Below, piece after piece: positions 1-12,335 of a stretch of 64,000 nt of DNA. Under the pieces are notes generated by a model. The model had not been told where the DNA came from. It saw only the letters and a program-made list of their open reading frames with translations, and did no database searches. The translations under genes and the position numbers were made by a program. This stretch comes from Vicugna vicugna (taxonomy: Eukaryota): NCBI GenBank assembly GCA_013265495.1, contig MU058221.1, positions 2,108,001-2,172,000 of the forward strand, in the 5' to 3' direction. Within the stretch, counting starts at the first letter, position 1, and the number at the start of each line of letters is the position of its first letter.

Positions 1-139
1 GTATGAGCTTTTGGGGGCTGAATATGTAAAATGCAGAAGAAAGGAAACACGTTCTCTGCCTGTAGGAACACTGCATTCTGATACGACACAGACCATATGA
101 AACAAACCAAGCGGGGCTTATAGAAGTGCAGCTTAAAAA

Positions 140-715
140 TGGAACTACCAAAAGCATAATAAATAAAAGAGAAATTTGATAAGTTGAACTATGATTAAAA
201 CCTTTTTCTCTGTGAGAGAGAATGCGGAAGAAAAACCATAGACAGGGAGAAAATACTTGTCAGTTATGTATCTGATAAAGGACTTGTATCTAGAATATAT
301 AAAAAGCTCTTAAAACTTAACAATAAGAAAAGGAACCACCAGGTTCCAAAATGGGCAAGCGACTTGGGCAGACAGGTCCGCAGTGAAGAGATACAGATGG
401 CAAATGAGCACATGAAACAGTGTTCAGCATCACTTGTCACTGGGGAGGTGTAAATTAAGACAAGAACGAGATTTCACTATGTGCCTCCCAGAACTGATGA
501 CGTCCCCAAATTAACAGCAAACGCTGGTGAGGAGGACGTGGAACAGTAAGAATTCTTATTCATTCAGACGCAAAGTGGTGTAGCCACTTTGGAAGCCAGT
601 TTGGTGGGTTTTTTTGTTTTGTTTTGTTTTTTATAAAACTAAACATAGAATTTCCATACAACCCATGAGTCTCAGTCCTAGGGATTTACCCCGCTGATTT
701 GAAACTCCTGTCTCT
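140..715 (+). mobile_element. Old L1 (L1M) ORF2 3'-region fragment
   Basis: Typical L1 text: gagaaaatacttgtc..tatctgataaaggacttgtatctagaatatataaa..caaaatgggcaa..gcacatgaaa..ggtgtagccactttggaa. Confidence 0.85.
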
Positions 716-754
716 AGAAAATCACCAAACCTTGTTGCATTTATTAAAAATGTA

Positions 755-915
755 TGCTTTTTATTTCAGAATAATTTTAGATTTACAGAAAATTTGCAAA
801 GGTAATACAGAAAATTTCCATAACCCTACACCTGGTTTTCCCTGTTATTAACATCTGATGTTATTTTGGTACATTTCTAACAATTAATGAACTAGTGTGA
901 TACATCATTAGTTGA
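755..915 (-). mobile_element. L1MB/L1MC-type 3' end fragment
   Basis: ataattttagatttacagaaaatttgcaaaggtaatacag...ttattaacatc...ggtacatt...aattaatgaac resembles the reverse complement of an old L1 3' UTR. Confidence 0.7.
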
Positions 916-1394
916 GCTGAGCACAGTAGTGAAAAAATACATAATAATTAGCCCTTAGGCGTATGTGCTTAGCAAAAGCGGGAAGGACCAATGCAGTGTG
1001 GATGGTGAAGTATTCTTAAACTGCCTCGCAAAGAGTGGTAAATTATACATCTGCATGAATAAAATGGGAAATTTAGTGTAAAAGATTGCCAGCTCAAGAC
1101 TATTGCCTTTAATACCTTTTATTGAGGTCCAGCCTCAGTAAAACTGTTCCTGCCTTTCACAGAAAAGATTTCAAGAGGCTTGCACGGATATACAAAACAC
1201 AGTAAGAAAGAAAATAGAAATCCGTGGAAAAGAAGGAAAAAAACAATGGCAGTGATTCGAGAGGAGCCAGGAAAATGGCTCATGCGCCTACACGTGGGTG
1301 CCCAGGCGTGCCTTTCATCCTGAGCCACCCCAGGGTGGGCCAGGCGGCAGGAAGGGGCGTGCGTGGCGGGACGTGGGGGCGAGGGACTTTGCAG

Positions 1395-1580
1395 CGGACT
1401 GAGACTTCAGTTCCAGCTCTGCCGTCGTCATGCCGCATGCGCCGTGTGGCGTGGGGGCAGGTTACTCATCCTCTCTGCTCCAGGGTTTGCATCGGGCACG
1501 TGGAGCTCATCATACACACTCTTCCAGGACTGTTGTCGTGAGTGCATGACAGGATGCGTCTAAGGTGCTTAGCACCAGAC
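1395..1580 (+). mobile_element. MIR SINE (GC-shifted)
   Basis: ttccagctctgcc...gtgtggcgtgggggcaggttactcatcctctctg...ggactgttgtcgtgag...aaggtgcttagcac follows the MIR core and tail. Confidence 0.7.
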
Positions 1581-1699
1581 GGAGCAGCTGTGGGCTCTGA
1601 AAGCCTGGTGGCCAGGGCCTTCACTGTAACATCAGTGTTCCGCTTCTTGCTGCAACTGCACGACAGAGTGGGCTCTTAGGTTTAGCGCAGACCAGTGTT

Positions 1700-2132
1700 T
1701 TTGTTTGTTTGTTTTGTCTTTTTTTTATTGAAGTGCAGTTGATTTTCAGTGTCAGTTTCAGGTGTACAGCCGAGTGATTCCCTTACACATATACATACAT
1801 ATGTTTTTTCTTTTCAGATTCTTTCCCATTATATGTTATTACAAGAAATTGGATGTGGTTCCCTGTGCTCTGTAGTAGGTCCTTGCTGTTTATCTATTTT
1901 ATATGTAGTAACGAGTGTCTGTTAATCCTCAACCGCTACTTGATCCCTCCCCAGCCTCTCCCCTTTGGTAACCATTGTTTGTTTTCTACGTCTGTGAGTC
2001 TGTTTTTGGTCTGTAAATATAATTTGTGTCATTTTTTTTTTTTTAGATTCCACATATAAGCAATAAATGATACTTATCTTTCTCTGTCTGACTCACTTCA
2101 CTTAATATGATAGTTTCCAGGTCCATCCATTC
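1700..2132 (-). mobile_element. Cetartiodactyl/camelid L1 3' end, 5'-truncated, poly(A) seen as T-tract
   Basis: tttattgaagtgcagttgatt..gtttcaggtgtacagc..gttccctgtgctctgtagtaggtcc..ccctttggtaacc..agattccacatataag..aggtccatccat. Confidence 0.9.
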
Positions 2133-3491
2133 TAACAGGCCAGTTTTAAATGTAGTGTTTTATGATATTTTCATTATAAAATTTTAAAAACTCTTTCAGG
2201 AAGATCACTAAATAAACTTCATTTCATCTGAATTTCTGACCCCAACCATGCCTAAAGGAAGTACTCCCCATTACCACACACACACGAGGAAGCTGATTAG
2301 CAAGCATTTCCCCCCAATAGCTAAGTCTGTAATTCAATCAAAAAGGCATTTGACATTAACGTCTTGAGTAACAACAGGGTAAAATTGTCCCAAATGAAGC
2401 TGATTCAGAGATGCAGCCTTAATTACGATACATGCCAGCAGCTTGATGCTGCCCAGGCCGTCCTCATTAACAGTGGATCCCTCTGAAGCTGAGACTGAGC
2501 GAGCATGCTTTTGGAAAAGAAAATAAATGGGAAGGCAAACAGCTGCTAAAGCCACGCAGAATCGTGCCAAGTGCACGCCCTCTGCGGTGACACACCAGGC
2601 AATGTGGAGAAACCAGACCTCACGCTAAATCGTGGCGATGTGGTCCCGTCATGGTGAGGCTAAGCGGACGGACAGCTTCGTCCTTAGCAGCTGATAACGG
2701 GCTTCCTGTTAAATTGGAGAGAAAAGCAACAGGTGAGTGACTTCTTTCTAAGAGTCACTGCCTGATGCTGTTTACCTGTTCTTTTGTTCCCGTGAGTCAA
2801 AAACTCATCCCCCAAGGCCTGGTCCCTCCACTGGAGCTCGTGGTTCCTGCCCTGTCACCCTCTGGAGGACGTGACTTGGGTGGTCATCCCACTCTGGAGT
2901 GGCCAGTTTCTTCCTTTCTACTGCAACAGTCCAAACAACAAGCAAATCTCACAGTCGGGTAAGAAACACACAGAAAGTCTCACCTAGTTGCAGACCCCCT
3001 CCAACCACCACCCCGTTATTCTGCTTTTTTTCAAACAAAACTTCTCAAAGAGTAATTCACACCCACCCAATCAGTTTCCTTCCCCCCTGGTCAGTTTTCT
3101 TCTCACTGTGCAATGTGATATGGACAGAAGCACGTGGGGACTACCAGGAGCCCTGTGCGCCGACCCCTCTGCTTGGGAAACGACATGTCCGCGCAGTCGA
3201 GCTGCCTTGGTCGGCCTCGGAGTCCGTGTCTCCTTCCCCTCCTGCTCCCACTGCTCGGCGTGGCCGGGGAGCCACAGTCCTGAATTTGATGGCCGTATTT
3301 CCCATGCGTTCCCCCCCATCGTTTCCTTATGAAAATTTTCACGCAGAGCAAAGGTGGACAGTTGCACAGGGAGTCCCTGCACCTGTGAAGCCACTGCCTC
3401 AGTCCGCCGTGGACGTGTTGCTGTTCTCTCTCTGTCACAAGTCTCTTTCCCATGAGTGTTTTTTGGCCAGTTTACCACGTTGTGTAAATGT

Positions 3492-3650
3492 CTAGTGCAC
3501 AGCGTAATGCTTCAGTCATACATTGCATGTGTGTGTTCCTTTTCACATTCTTTTTCATTATAAGTTGCTGTAAGATATTTAATTCAATTCCCTGTGCTCT
3601 GCAGTAGAAACTTGCTTACTTCCCGTGAATTTTTATAATAAATTTGCTGT
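3492..3650 (-). mobile_element. Short L1 3'-end fragment
   Basis: gtgcacagcgtaatgcttcagtcatac...ttctttttcattataagttgc...ttccctgtgctctgcagtagaaacttg; same family as 19370 and 35160. Confidence 0.8.
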
Positions 3651-3699
3651 CTCTGAGTGTTCTCCTTCTCGCCTGCACCTTTCTGGCTCTTAGGCTGAC

Positions 3700-4230
3700 C
3701 GCCCCATGGGACCTGCTCTGGTCAGTCATCGGGTGCGGCCGTGTCTGGCCGTCTCTCTCTGCAGCTTTGCCCTGCCTCCCAGTAGCATCATCTGAAGTTG
3801 ACGGCCACCCCTCCCTCTGGGGCCACCCCTTTCTCTCGCTGCCCTTGGCCTCACAGCATCTCCTTTCCTCCATCCCTTTCTGGTTCCACGTCTGCTTAAG
3901 ATTCTAAATTTTGGCGTGTCCCGGGGCCCAGGCCTGGGCTCTCCTTTCTTCTCTCCTCGGCAGCCCACTCTGTATGCTCTGTGTGACTCTAAACCTTTTA
4001 CCTCTGGGCCTTGGCTGAAGACACATCTCTGTAATACTGCTCCCACTCAAACCAAGCACAGCCTTCTTTAGTTCCCCCCACCCCTCACTTAGACGTGGGA
4101 CTAACAGCTCAGTTGCTTAAGTCAGCGGTGTGCGTTCTGCTTTGTCCCTCCCCCTCTGTCTCACGTCTGAAGCCGTAGTTTAGCTTGAGCAGCCTGACTC
4201 CAAAACACACCCTACGCTCACCCGTTCTAA
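3700..4230 (+). mobile_element. L2 LINE fragment (reverse-transcriptase region)
   Basis: ctaaattttggcgtgtcccggggcccaggcctgggctctcctttcttctctc is a degenerate GVPQGSVLGPLLFS motif, with pyrimidine-rich L2-like flanks. Confidence 0.7.
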
Positions 4231-4254
4231 GGCAGCACAGCAGCGCTGCTCCGG

Positions 4255-4420
4255 AGGCTGGTTGCTGACTGTGTGATGTCAGTTAATCTCCCATAGGCCT
4301 CAGTTTCCTCATCTGTGCAATGGGAATAATGCTTGTACCTATTTTATGTGGTAGTTGCTACTATAGGCAAAGTGTGTAGATCAATGACCAACACTCAGTA
4401 AGCATTATGTAAATGCTAAT
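4255..4420 (+). mobile_element. MIR SINE
   Basis: ctgtgtga..gttaatctc..gcctcagtttcctcatctgtgcaatgggaataatg is the MIR core. Confidence 0.85.
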
Positions 4421-4569
4421 TTAAAACACTCGTTCAGAAAGGCCTTTCTCCTAACCCCGCCATAAAGAGCAAAGTAGCACACACACGCGCACACACACGC
4501 ATGCACACATGCACACATACATATTTGGTGGGTGAGGGGCATCCATAAGCCAAGTAAAAGAGAGGGTAC

Positions 4570-4996
4570 GCTTATCAGGAAGGGTTCTGCTGAGAAACAG
4601 AACTGGTAGGATATGTATGTACATGTATTAAGAGATTTATTTTAAGGAATTGGGTCACATGATTGTGGGGACTGGCACGTGGGCCAGGCTAGCAGGCCGG
4701 GAACTCAGACAGGAGTCTTGAGGCAGAATTCCTCCTCCTTCAGCAGTTCGTGGTCTTTGCTATTAACGTCTTCCAGCTGATTGGATGAGGCCACCCACAT
4801 TACCAAGGGTGATGTCCTTTACTTAGAGTGAACTGATTGTCAGTTTTCACACATCTGCCAAATGCCGTGACCCCAGAAGCCCACATTAGTACTTGATTAA
4901 ATATCTGGGTGCTGTATCTTGGCCACGATGATAGATCAGTGTGATCATGGACACGTTAGACTAATGCAAATTGATACATGAGACGAATCGTTACTG
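4570..4996 (-). mobile_element. MLT2-type ERVL solo LTR
   Basis: agggttctgctgagaaacagaac..agagatttattttaaggaattgggtcacatgattgtgggg..ctgattggatgaggcccacccacatt..aaattgatacat. Confidence 0.85.
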
Positions 4997-7260
4997 TGGG
5001 CAACAGTTGCCAAATGATTCTTTGTGAATTTGAAACAATTACATGTAGATGTGAGTTCGTATGTTTTCCTTAGAACCTCCATGTTATGCAGTGTTTATCA
5101 GCTTTCTTTTGGAACCATGTTCCCCCTTGGTGCTGAATTTCTCTTGAAAGACCCTTAACCTACCAGATGGGGCTCGGTGTTACCGACGCCGGATGGAGGT
5201 GTCCTGTGGCTTCTCATATGTGCTCGGGGGGCCGGGGAGGGGCTGCTTCTGCCAGAAGCCACCTGGTACAACCAGCCATTGTGCGTCAGAATTCTTGTTT
5301 GTCAAACACTGATACCAGTCACATCTAATCCCAAAATTTTAAGAATTAGATAAATGCCAAAATCAAAGAAGTTACGGACACATGGAACACTTTTCAAACT
5401 GAATGTGACTCTTCAACTGCTTTTTAAAGACATGGCTTTTAAAAACATGAAACTAAAGATAAGCTGAAAAGCTGTATATTCTAAATAAATAGTTAGGTAC
5501 ATTTTTCTGTTTTTGGTTAAATCCATGCTTTCGGGTTATATTTCTTATTTCAATGTGAATGATTGTAAGGCTTTAATGAACTGTTGGCATGAAATCATTT
5601 GAAAATGCTACTTAAAAAAAATGCTCCTAAAAACCAAAAAGAACAACTCAAATTTGTTGGTGCTATTAAGCCAATCTGGCCTTCTGTTCTGAATTTCTAA
5701 AGATAATTGATGCTGTGTAAGTCCGTGCGTACTGTTGAAATAATGTATTTCAGTGTTTTTGCCATTTTTTTTGTACTCTTTGTGCTCTCATGGATGGAAT
5801 AAAATCCGAGCTCAAGTATGATTGTCTTTTTAAAGCATAAAAGTACTTAACAGCATTGCCTTTTAAAAAGCCCTTAAAATGTGCACTCTGTTTCAGTGGG
5901 CTGCAATTTGTTGCCTTTTATGATAATTATAAAGTTCATATGAGGGTATTTAAGGGATGAAAGATCAATACATTCATTAGAATATGATCTTTTTTTTAGT
6001 ACAGGCAGAGGAAAAACTAACTGGTTTGCATCCGATTGTACGCTTTATGAACTTACTGCTTTGGTAATTTATTAAATATCACAGTGAAAAAATACTGACC
6101 TAGTTTTGTGTGGGCTTCCATTGAAATAGCAGGAGTCATTGTAATATTACATAATGAAGCTGAAATGCGTTGTTGAAAATATAAGCGTCACTGTTATAAC
6201 TAGTGTGTCTCCATCCCATGCCGCCAGCGCTGAACGACAGGGTGGCTCTTCTTGGCGCAGTGAACGCCTGAGCGCTCCAGTGCGTTCTGCTGTTTTCCAC
6301 GAGAGAAAGGCAGCAGGATGGCATCATCGCCAATTAAGCTGTGTTTCTTTCTTTTCATCTCAGGTCTTAATTTCTCATCTAAGAAACAGTATCTTCAAAT
6401 GAATTATTCTCTAATATCTCGTATATTTTGATCTTGTTGTTTGGAAAAAAAAAGAGGAAGAAGAATTAAGACTAAGTATGCACAGCCCTGTGTTGGGTTT
6501 TTAAAAAAACATTTTCCCGGCTTTATTGAGACATCACTGGCATGTAACATTGTGCAAGTTTAAGGTACACAGTGTCAAGGTTTGATACACACATACTGTA
6601 AAATGTTTATCAAGATAGAGTTAGTTAACACATCCCTCACCTCATATGATTAGTGTTTTGTTATTTTTGTTGTGGTGAGAATATTGAACATCTGCTCTCT
6701 TAGCACCTTTGACATGTGCAGTTCAGTGTTGTTGACTGCAGTCACCACGCGGTTCCTGACATCCCCAGAATGCATTCCTCTTACCACCAGAAGTTGTACC
6801 TTCTCAGCAACATACCCTTATTTCCACCACCCCTGGCAACCATTAATCTGCTTGCAATGAGTTCGGCTTTCCGAGAATCCACACGTAAGTGAGATCATAC
6901 AGTGTTTGTCTTTCTCTGTCTGACTTACTTCACTTCATGGATGCCCTCGGAGTTCATCCATGTTGTTGCAAATGGTAGGATTTCCTTTTTTTAAGAATGA
7001 ATACTATTCTATCACAGACTGATCCTTGCCAGCACTGATCTCTTGGCTGTTTGATAACAGACGTCCTGAGAAGGGCGAGGTGATGTCTTATTTTGGTTTT
7101 GGTTTGCCTGATGGTTAGTGATATTGAGCATCTTTTCATGCACTTGTTGACCATCTGTATGTCTTCCTTGTAAAAATACCTATTCAGGACCTGTGCACGT
7201 TTTTAACTGGATTATTTGGTGTTTTTGCTATTGAATTATATGAGTTCCTTGTATAATTCG

Positions 7261-7483
7261 TTTAATTTTTTTTTAATTGATGTATATTCAGTTTACAATG
7301 TGTTAATTTCTGGTTACAGCATAGTGATTCAGGTATGTGTATATACACACACACACACACACATACATATATATATTCTTTTTCATTAAAGGCTATTCCA
7401 AGGTATTGAATATAGTTCCCTGTGCTGTACAGAGGACCTTGTCTGTCTGTTCTGTATACAGAGTTTGTATCTGTTAATCCCCC
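7261..7483 (-). mobile_element. L1 3' terminus (~220 bp) fused to the U6 copy
   Basis: ttttttttaattgatgtata..tttacaatgtgttaatttctgg..gaatatagttccctgtgctgtacag..tatctgttaatccc, directly abutting the U6 3' end. Confidence 0.85.
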
Positions 7484-7586
7484 AAAGCATGGAACGCTTC
7501 ACAAATGTGCATGCCGTCCTTGTGCAGGGACCACGCTAACCTCTGTGTCCGTCCAGTGTTGGTGTGTGTGCTGCCAGAGCGAGCAC
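7484..7586 (-). pseudogene. RNU6: Near-full-length U6 snRNA retropseudogene (U6/L1 chimera)
   Basis: aaagcatggaacgcttcacaaatgtgcatgccgtccttgtgcagggaccacgctaa...gtgctgccagagcgagcac aligns end to end with the reverse complement of U6, with about 20 substitutions and a 3-nt deletion. It sits inside an L1, not in a native promoter context. Confidence 0.93.
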
Positions 7587-10094
7587 CTTGTGTGTTTCCG
7601 ATATTAACCGCTTGTGAGGTGTACGGTTTGCAAATATTTCCTCCCATTCTCTAGGACACCTTTTCATCTTGTCGATCGCCTGCGTTGGCTTTTGATTAAC
7701 CACCCCCGACATGATTAGACCCCGACGAGCTTCCTCTCTAGTTGTGAAGACAAGGCAAGTGCCAAGGAAAACTTTGTGGGGGGAAATGCCGAGGAAGAAG
7801 CGTTATTCAAGAAAATAGTCTTTTAACTCAATATTGGGAAGCAGATCTTTACATTGTTTGGGGCTTGTTATCTGAGGACAACAAATAGATTTCATGATTT
7901 TTTTTTTCAATTCAGGATAAGGTACGGTCTGCGTAGAGTGTTCTGGAGCTTGGACAGTAAAGCTAAAAGAAGTATTAAAAATAGCTTGACAGTAACTGAC
8001 CTACTTATTGCAGCTTTCAGACAGGACCTGGTTAAAAACCAGCATCTTTAGTTCGTATTTACACTTCATCAGTGGTGCTCTCACTCAAGCAAATGAAGAT
8101 AATCACTAAAGTAGATTGTATTCTGCTCTTTCTACCCCCATGTTCAGCATTTAAGCAAAAGATAATCCTGACATGTGCAGTTCCATGAAGTTAATAATAA
8201 AGATCTTAACATCCATATAACGTAGGGATGATAAAGATCTTATGTCTGTAATAGTGATGGTCTGCGGTCTGGTTCTGATGCAGTTCAGTTGTCTATAACT
8301 CATGTATCCACACCATTGTATGTTGTTTGTTTTGACTCTAAATGACTCTCTCCTGCTCCAAGAGTGCCAGAGTATGTTAGAAATGCTTTCAAAGATTGGA
8401 ACAAACTCTTTTTGCAGGATTAGCCATTAGTTTCCTAGAACTTTAACCTAGTGCTTCTGTCCCCGTCATCTGTGGAGTCTTACTCGCATAAGTTTTTCTA
8501 TCTTTCCGTTGTTTCTAAACAGTCCTACTCGACAGTTTTGAGATGGAAAATTTCAGTAAAAATCCGCCTCTTGTCTTCTCTTTCCATCTCAATCAAAACT
8601 GTACCCCTAATATTTTTGGTCTGTTTTCTTTATCATGTTCACTTTATATTTCTTTATAGGAAAATAAGTTATCAGCTCAAGCCAGCTCTTCTGGGTGTGG
8701 AATAAGATTGATGCTGCAATGCTTCCTCCTTATTTTGTTGAATAATTCAACTTTATAGTCATCTTGCACAGACCCTGACATTTTTCTTTCACGCAGGAGA
8801 AACTGATTTGAATTGATTGCACGCTTTGATCCCCAGCTTCTTTCTGTGCAGCTTCTCCTCCGTTGCTTTTTCCATCCAGGAAAATAACTATTTTGGTATT
8901 TATTACTTGTGTGGTTTTTTCACCTTGACTATCAATATTGTCTGTTTATATCCACTCTTTCCCCTTTATCTCAAAGGGCATTGCAAGGTAAAAAGTAAGT
9001 GATGCATTAGACATACTGAACCACTTATTAATTCTTATATAGTTTTCTAACATCTCTGCACAGAAGCATCATTTTCCCATTTCTGTGCAGGTCATCATCA
9101 AACCCAGTACGATCGAATACCATCCATCTGTGTTACAATAAAGCCGCGGTCGCAGAGTCATGTAATGTTTGATCGGAAAAGGAACTTGAAGGTTGCGTTG
9201 TTTCTTAGAGATGAGGAATCTGACCCCTCGGTATTGCCACCTAAGACGTGCGTTAGATTTCACGACGCATGAGAGCAGGATCAGGGCTAGAGGATGGGTT
9301 CTCAGGTGGGACACTCTTTGTTCTGTACTGTTTAGTATGAAGTAATCAAATTGATGTAATCCGTATTTAAAAGCTTCAGTTGGCTGTGTGGTTCCTGGGA
9401 ATGCATCAGGGCGCAGATTAAGGCGGCATCTCACTCCATCCACTTCCCCGTCCCCTTAAAGAATAGGACTAGTGAGGTGGTTCAAGGATGTGTGGGTCAG
9501 TGGCATCCTTGGGGACACACAGTTACACAATTAGGTGACAGTCCTAGTGGGTCCACACAGGAGGGACCAAGGACACTTTAACTTAAACTCCCAGGTCCTG
9601 CTGTCCACTGGGGAAGGTGTAATTCAGTGTTGTCAGATACTGGAGAGGAATTCATTGAACAATTTATAATAAATGCTGGTTAGCACCGTATATGAATCAC
9701 CCTTAATAAACAAGGTTTCATGTTAAATATCTTATCTTTGAAACTTAAAGATAACAGTAGCCTTGGTTTTTTTCTTATTTTAGCCACGTTTCCAGTTATT
9801 TCAGTAGCTCTGGCAACATATTACCAATGAAGTAATCATTCAACCAACAAAAACATTTTGTGTGTGTTACATTAGCAACAAGTATGTGGAGTCATATTCA
9901 AATTGCAGCAGACATGTATACATACATTGAAGTCTAATAACTGAACAATTTAGGCCAAAAATGCTGTTGGAAAGGTATGCATCACTAGTATGACTCAGAC
10001 AACCCACAGCAGACTAAACTGCTAATGAAGTGGGTAAAGGAACGGTGATTTATACTTAAGATGCGTAACAGCAGCCTTCAGTACTGATGGCATT

Positions 10095-10277
10095 CAACAA
10101 CAAGGTCCTGCTGTAGAGCACAGGGAGGTGTATTCAGCGTCTTGTAGTGACCTGTGATGAGAAAGACTATGAAACGGAGTATATGTGTGTATATGGGTGA
10201 TGGAAACATTATGCTGTGCACCCGAAGTTGACACAATGTTACAAACTTGATTATACGTCAGTTTATAAATAAATAAA
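10095..10277 (+). mobile_element. L1 3'-end fragment with A-rich tail
   Basis: aacaacaaggtcctgctgtagagcacaggga..tattcag..cttgtagtgacc..tgctgtgcacccgaagttgacacaatgtt..aaataaataaa. Confidence 0.85.
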
Positions 10278-11522
10278 CGCGTACACTAAAAAATAGATAA
10301 ATAAATGCTGCTGACATTCAGCGGCAGACTCTGCTCGCCGAGCTGTTTTGTTTTCCTCCTGGCATAAAAGTAAGCTGCGCTCACCACCTTGTTCTGCAGG
10401 CAGCTGAGGACGTGAGACGGGGCTCCGGTCAGCGGAGTGCTGACAGACACGATGCGTAGCATTTCCGTTCCTGGCCCCTGAAGCCCTCGTGCCGTCCGCT
10501 GCCTTCCAGCCTCCTTGTTGGAGGATGAAGAGAAGCCAGTGCGAGGCTCTGACGATACAGGTGTCTGGGTCCTTAAACCATCAGGTCTCCCCATCCCCGC
10601 ACGTGTCCCTCGTTGGACTGCGACTGCGGCAGGAGACAGAAGTAAACCTTTGCCATGTTAAATGACTGAAGTTTTGGGTGGTGGCTTAGCCCTGACGGGC
10701 TGAATATTACAATGGAAGTTCAAAAAGTTGCGTCTGTAAGAACCAAAAAGAACTCACCTGTAAGAAACAAAGGCCGGATTTGCATTCTTGAACGAGTCTG
10801 AGGGCCCATCAAGGAAAGCCTTACTGCTTCTTCAGAGGCTTCAGAGCAGGCTCTGGGGACGGAGGGGGTCCAGGGAGAGGAGAAGGAAGTGAGTGGGTTA
10901 GACAGCCCCTTCCTGGAACTGAAGACCAGGATGTTAGCAGAGCCTTTTCCCAGAAGGGGGTCCTAGAGGTAAGGGCATGAGGTGACCAGAGAGTCTGTCT
11001 AGGCTAAAGGGTAACAGAAAGGCTAACGTGTGGTCCCCCAAGCCAAGAAGGGATGTGCCCCAGACTGGAGCAGAAGCCGGGTGGCTTTGCTTTGAGGTCC
11101 TCTTGTGGTGTCTCTGGTGTCTAGTAGGCATGTGTATAAAAGCAGGAATAATTAGAGGTTATGGTAGAGCGTAGAAAAAAGAATTGGAAATTAAGGATCA
11201 GAACTATTTCTTCCATCGTCCTTCAACAAGAAGACTTAACGGGCTTTTAGTTTACCCTCAGAGATACGCTTGTGCACAGTGTGGTGAAGACGAAATGAAG
11301 ACATACGTGTGCAAGTACCTAGCTCAGTGTTTGTCTCAGTGAACGTTTGTTGATCATTGGCTGAAATGATGTTTATTTTCTTTAAAAATTACAGGAGAAG
11401 AAAAGAGTACCTCACCTCTTTGTTACTCATGCTCAGAGACATGTCACTTTTTTTTCCCCCAAAACCATCTTGCAAATTAGCTGCATTCCCTGACTCCATG
11501 TTTTCATAGATTCTTTTACAGA

Positions 11523-11600
11523 AGTGGTTTTCAGACTCCAGTATGCATTAAAAATTGCCTGGGGAACTTGTTGAAATATGAATTCCATACACACACTGAG
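11523..11600. mobile_element. MER5A-like hAT-Charlie fragment
   Basis: agtggttttcagactccagtatgcattaaaaattgcctggggaacttgttgaaatatgaattcc. Confidence 0.55.
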
Positions 11601-12300
11601 TCTTGTATGTAAGAGAAGGAGAGAGAGACGCGTAGAGCCGTTACTTAGCTCCTAGGCTGCCTGTCCAGTGATATCTGTCCCTGCATCCGAGCGTGTGCCG
11701 CGCACTGAAGAACATACGCCATCTCTTCCGCGTTAAAGGCCGGCTTTGGCTGCAAGCAGCGTTTCTTCCCACAGGAGTGCGGTGGAATCCTGCCTCATCC
11801 TCACCGTGTGCTTTGAAGACCACCTCCAGAGCAACTTCTGGATGTCCGCAGTGAGATGCGAGCGTCCTCTCTGGGCCCAGCTGAGACACCTTGCAGCTCT
11901 GACAGTGTGCGTTCTGTCCCGTTGGTGTTATGTTTCTGGCGTACTTGCTCATTTTTGCCCTTCTAGCATTCCCAGATTATAATTACTCTGAGAATGTTCT
12001 TATCTGTGTACACTTCCAATGCCCAGTACATATGTTCTTACATTTAATAGGAACTTATTTTTTTTAATGAATTTCATTACTGAGACCTAATCCAGCCTGA
12101 AGCCTTATGTCAGACAGGTCGATATTCAATAACCACTTTCAGAATCAGTGAGTTTGCAGTAGCGCCACGTGCCTACAATTGTCAGCCATGAAAGGAAGTA
12201 TCATTTGCTTCAATCTGGGGATTAAGGCTTGAGAGAGACCATTAGTGATGTTTCCAGGAGATTCAGCAAACGTGAAGCTTTAGACACAGACACAGCCCCA

Positions 12301-12303
<3 letters not shown>

Positions 12304-12332
<29 letters not shown>
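12304..12332 (+). repeat. (CA)n microsatellite, ~14 units
   Basis: Perfect CA run. Confidence 0.95.

Positions 12333-12335
<3 letters not shown>

Larger units (their letters stand above)
6505..7685 (-). mobile_element. Old L1MA/MB 3' end with ORF2 tail, interrupted at 7261-7586
   Basis: ctttattgag..aagtttaaggtacac..agtgagatcatacagtgtttgtctttctctgtctgacttacttcactt..gatattgagcatcttttcatg..tttgcaaatatttcctcccattct; ORF 6954..7154(-) resembles L1 ORF2 (NKCMKRCSISLTIR). Confidence 0.88.

Noticed and set aside
2725..2740. Consensus splice donor cag|gtgagt
   Set aside because: No convincing partner acceptor or catenin-like coding frame upstream; isolated donors are common in long introns.
2899..3495. 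198-aa ORF with several overlapping ORFs
   Set aside because: No recognisable protein similarity or exon structure; overlapping open frames on both strands indicate chance.
7484..7586. Functional U6 snRNA gene
   Set aside because: About 20 substitutions and a deletion next to the ACAGAGA box, embedded in an L1 and fused to an L1 tail.
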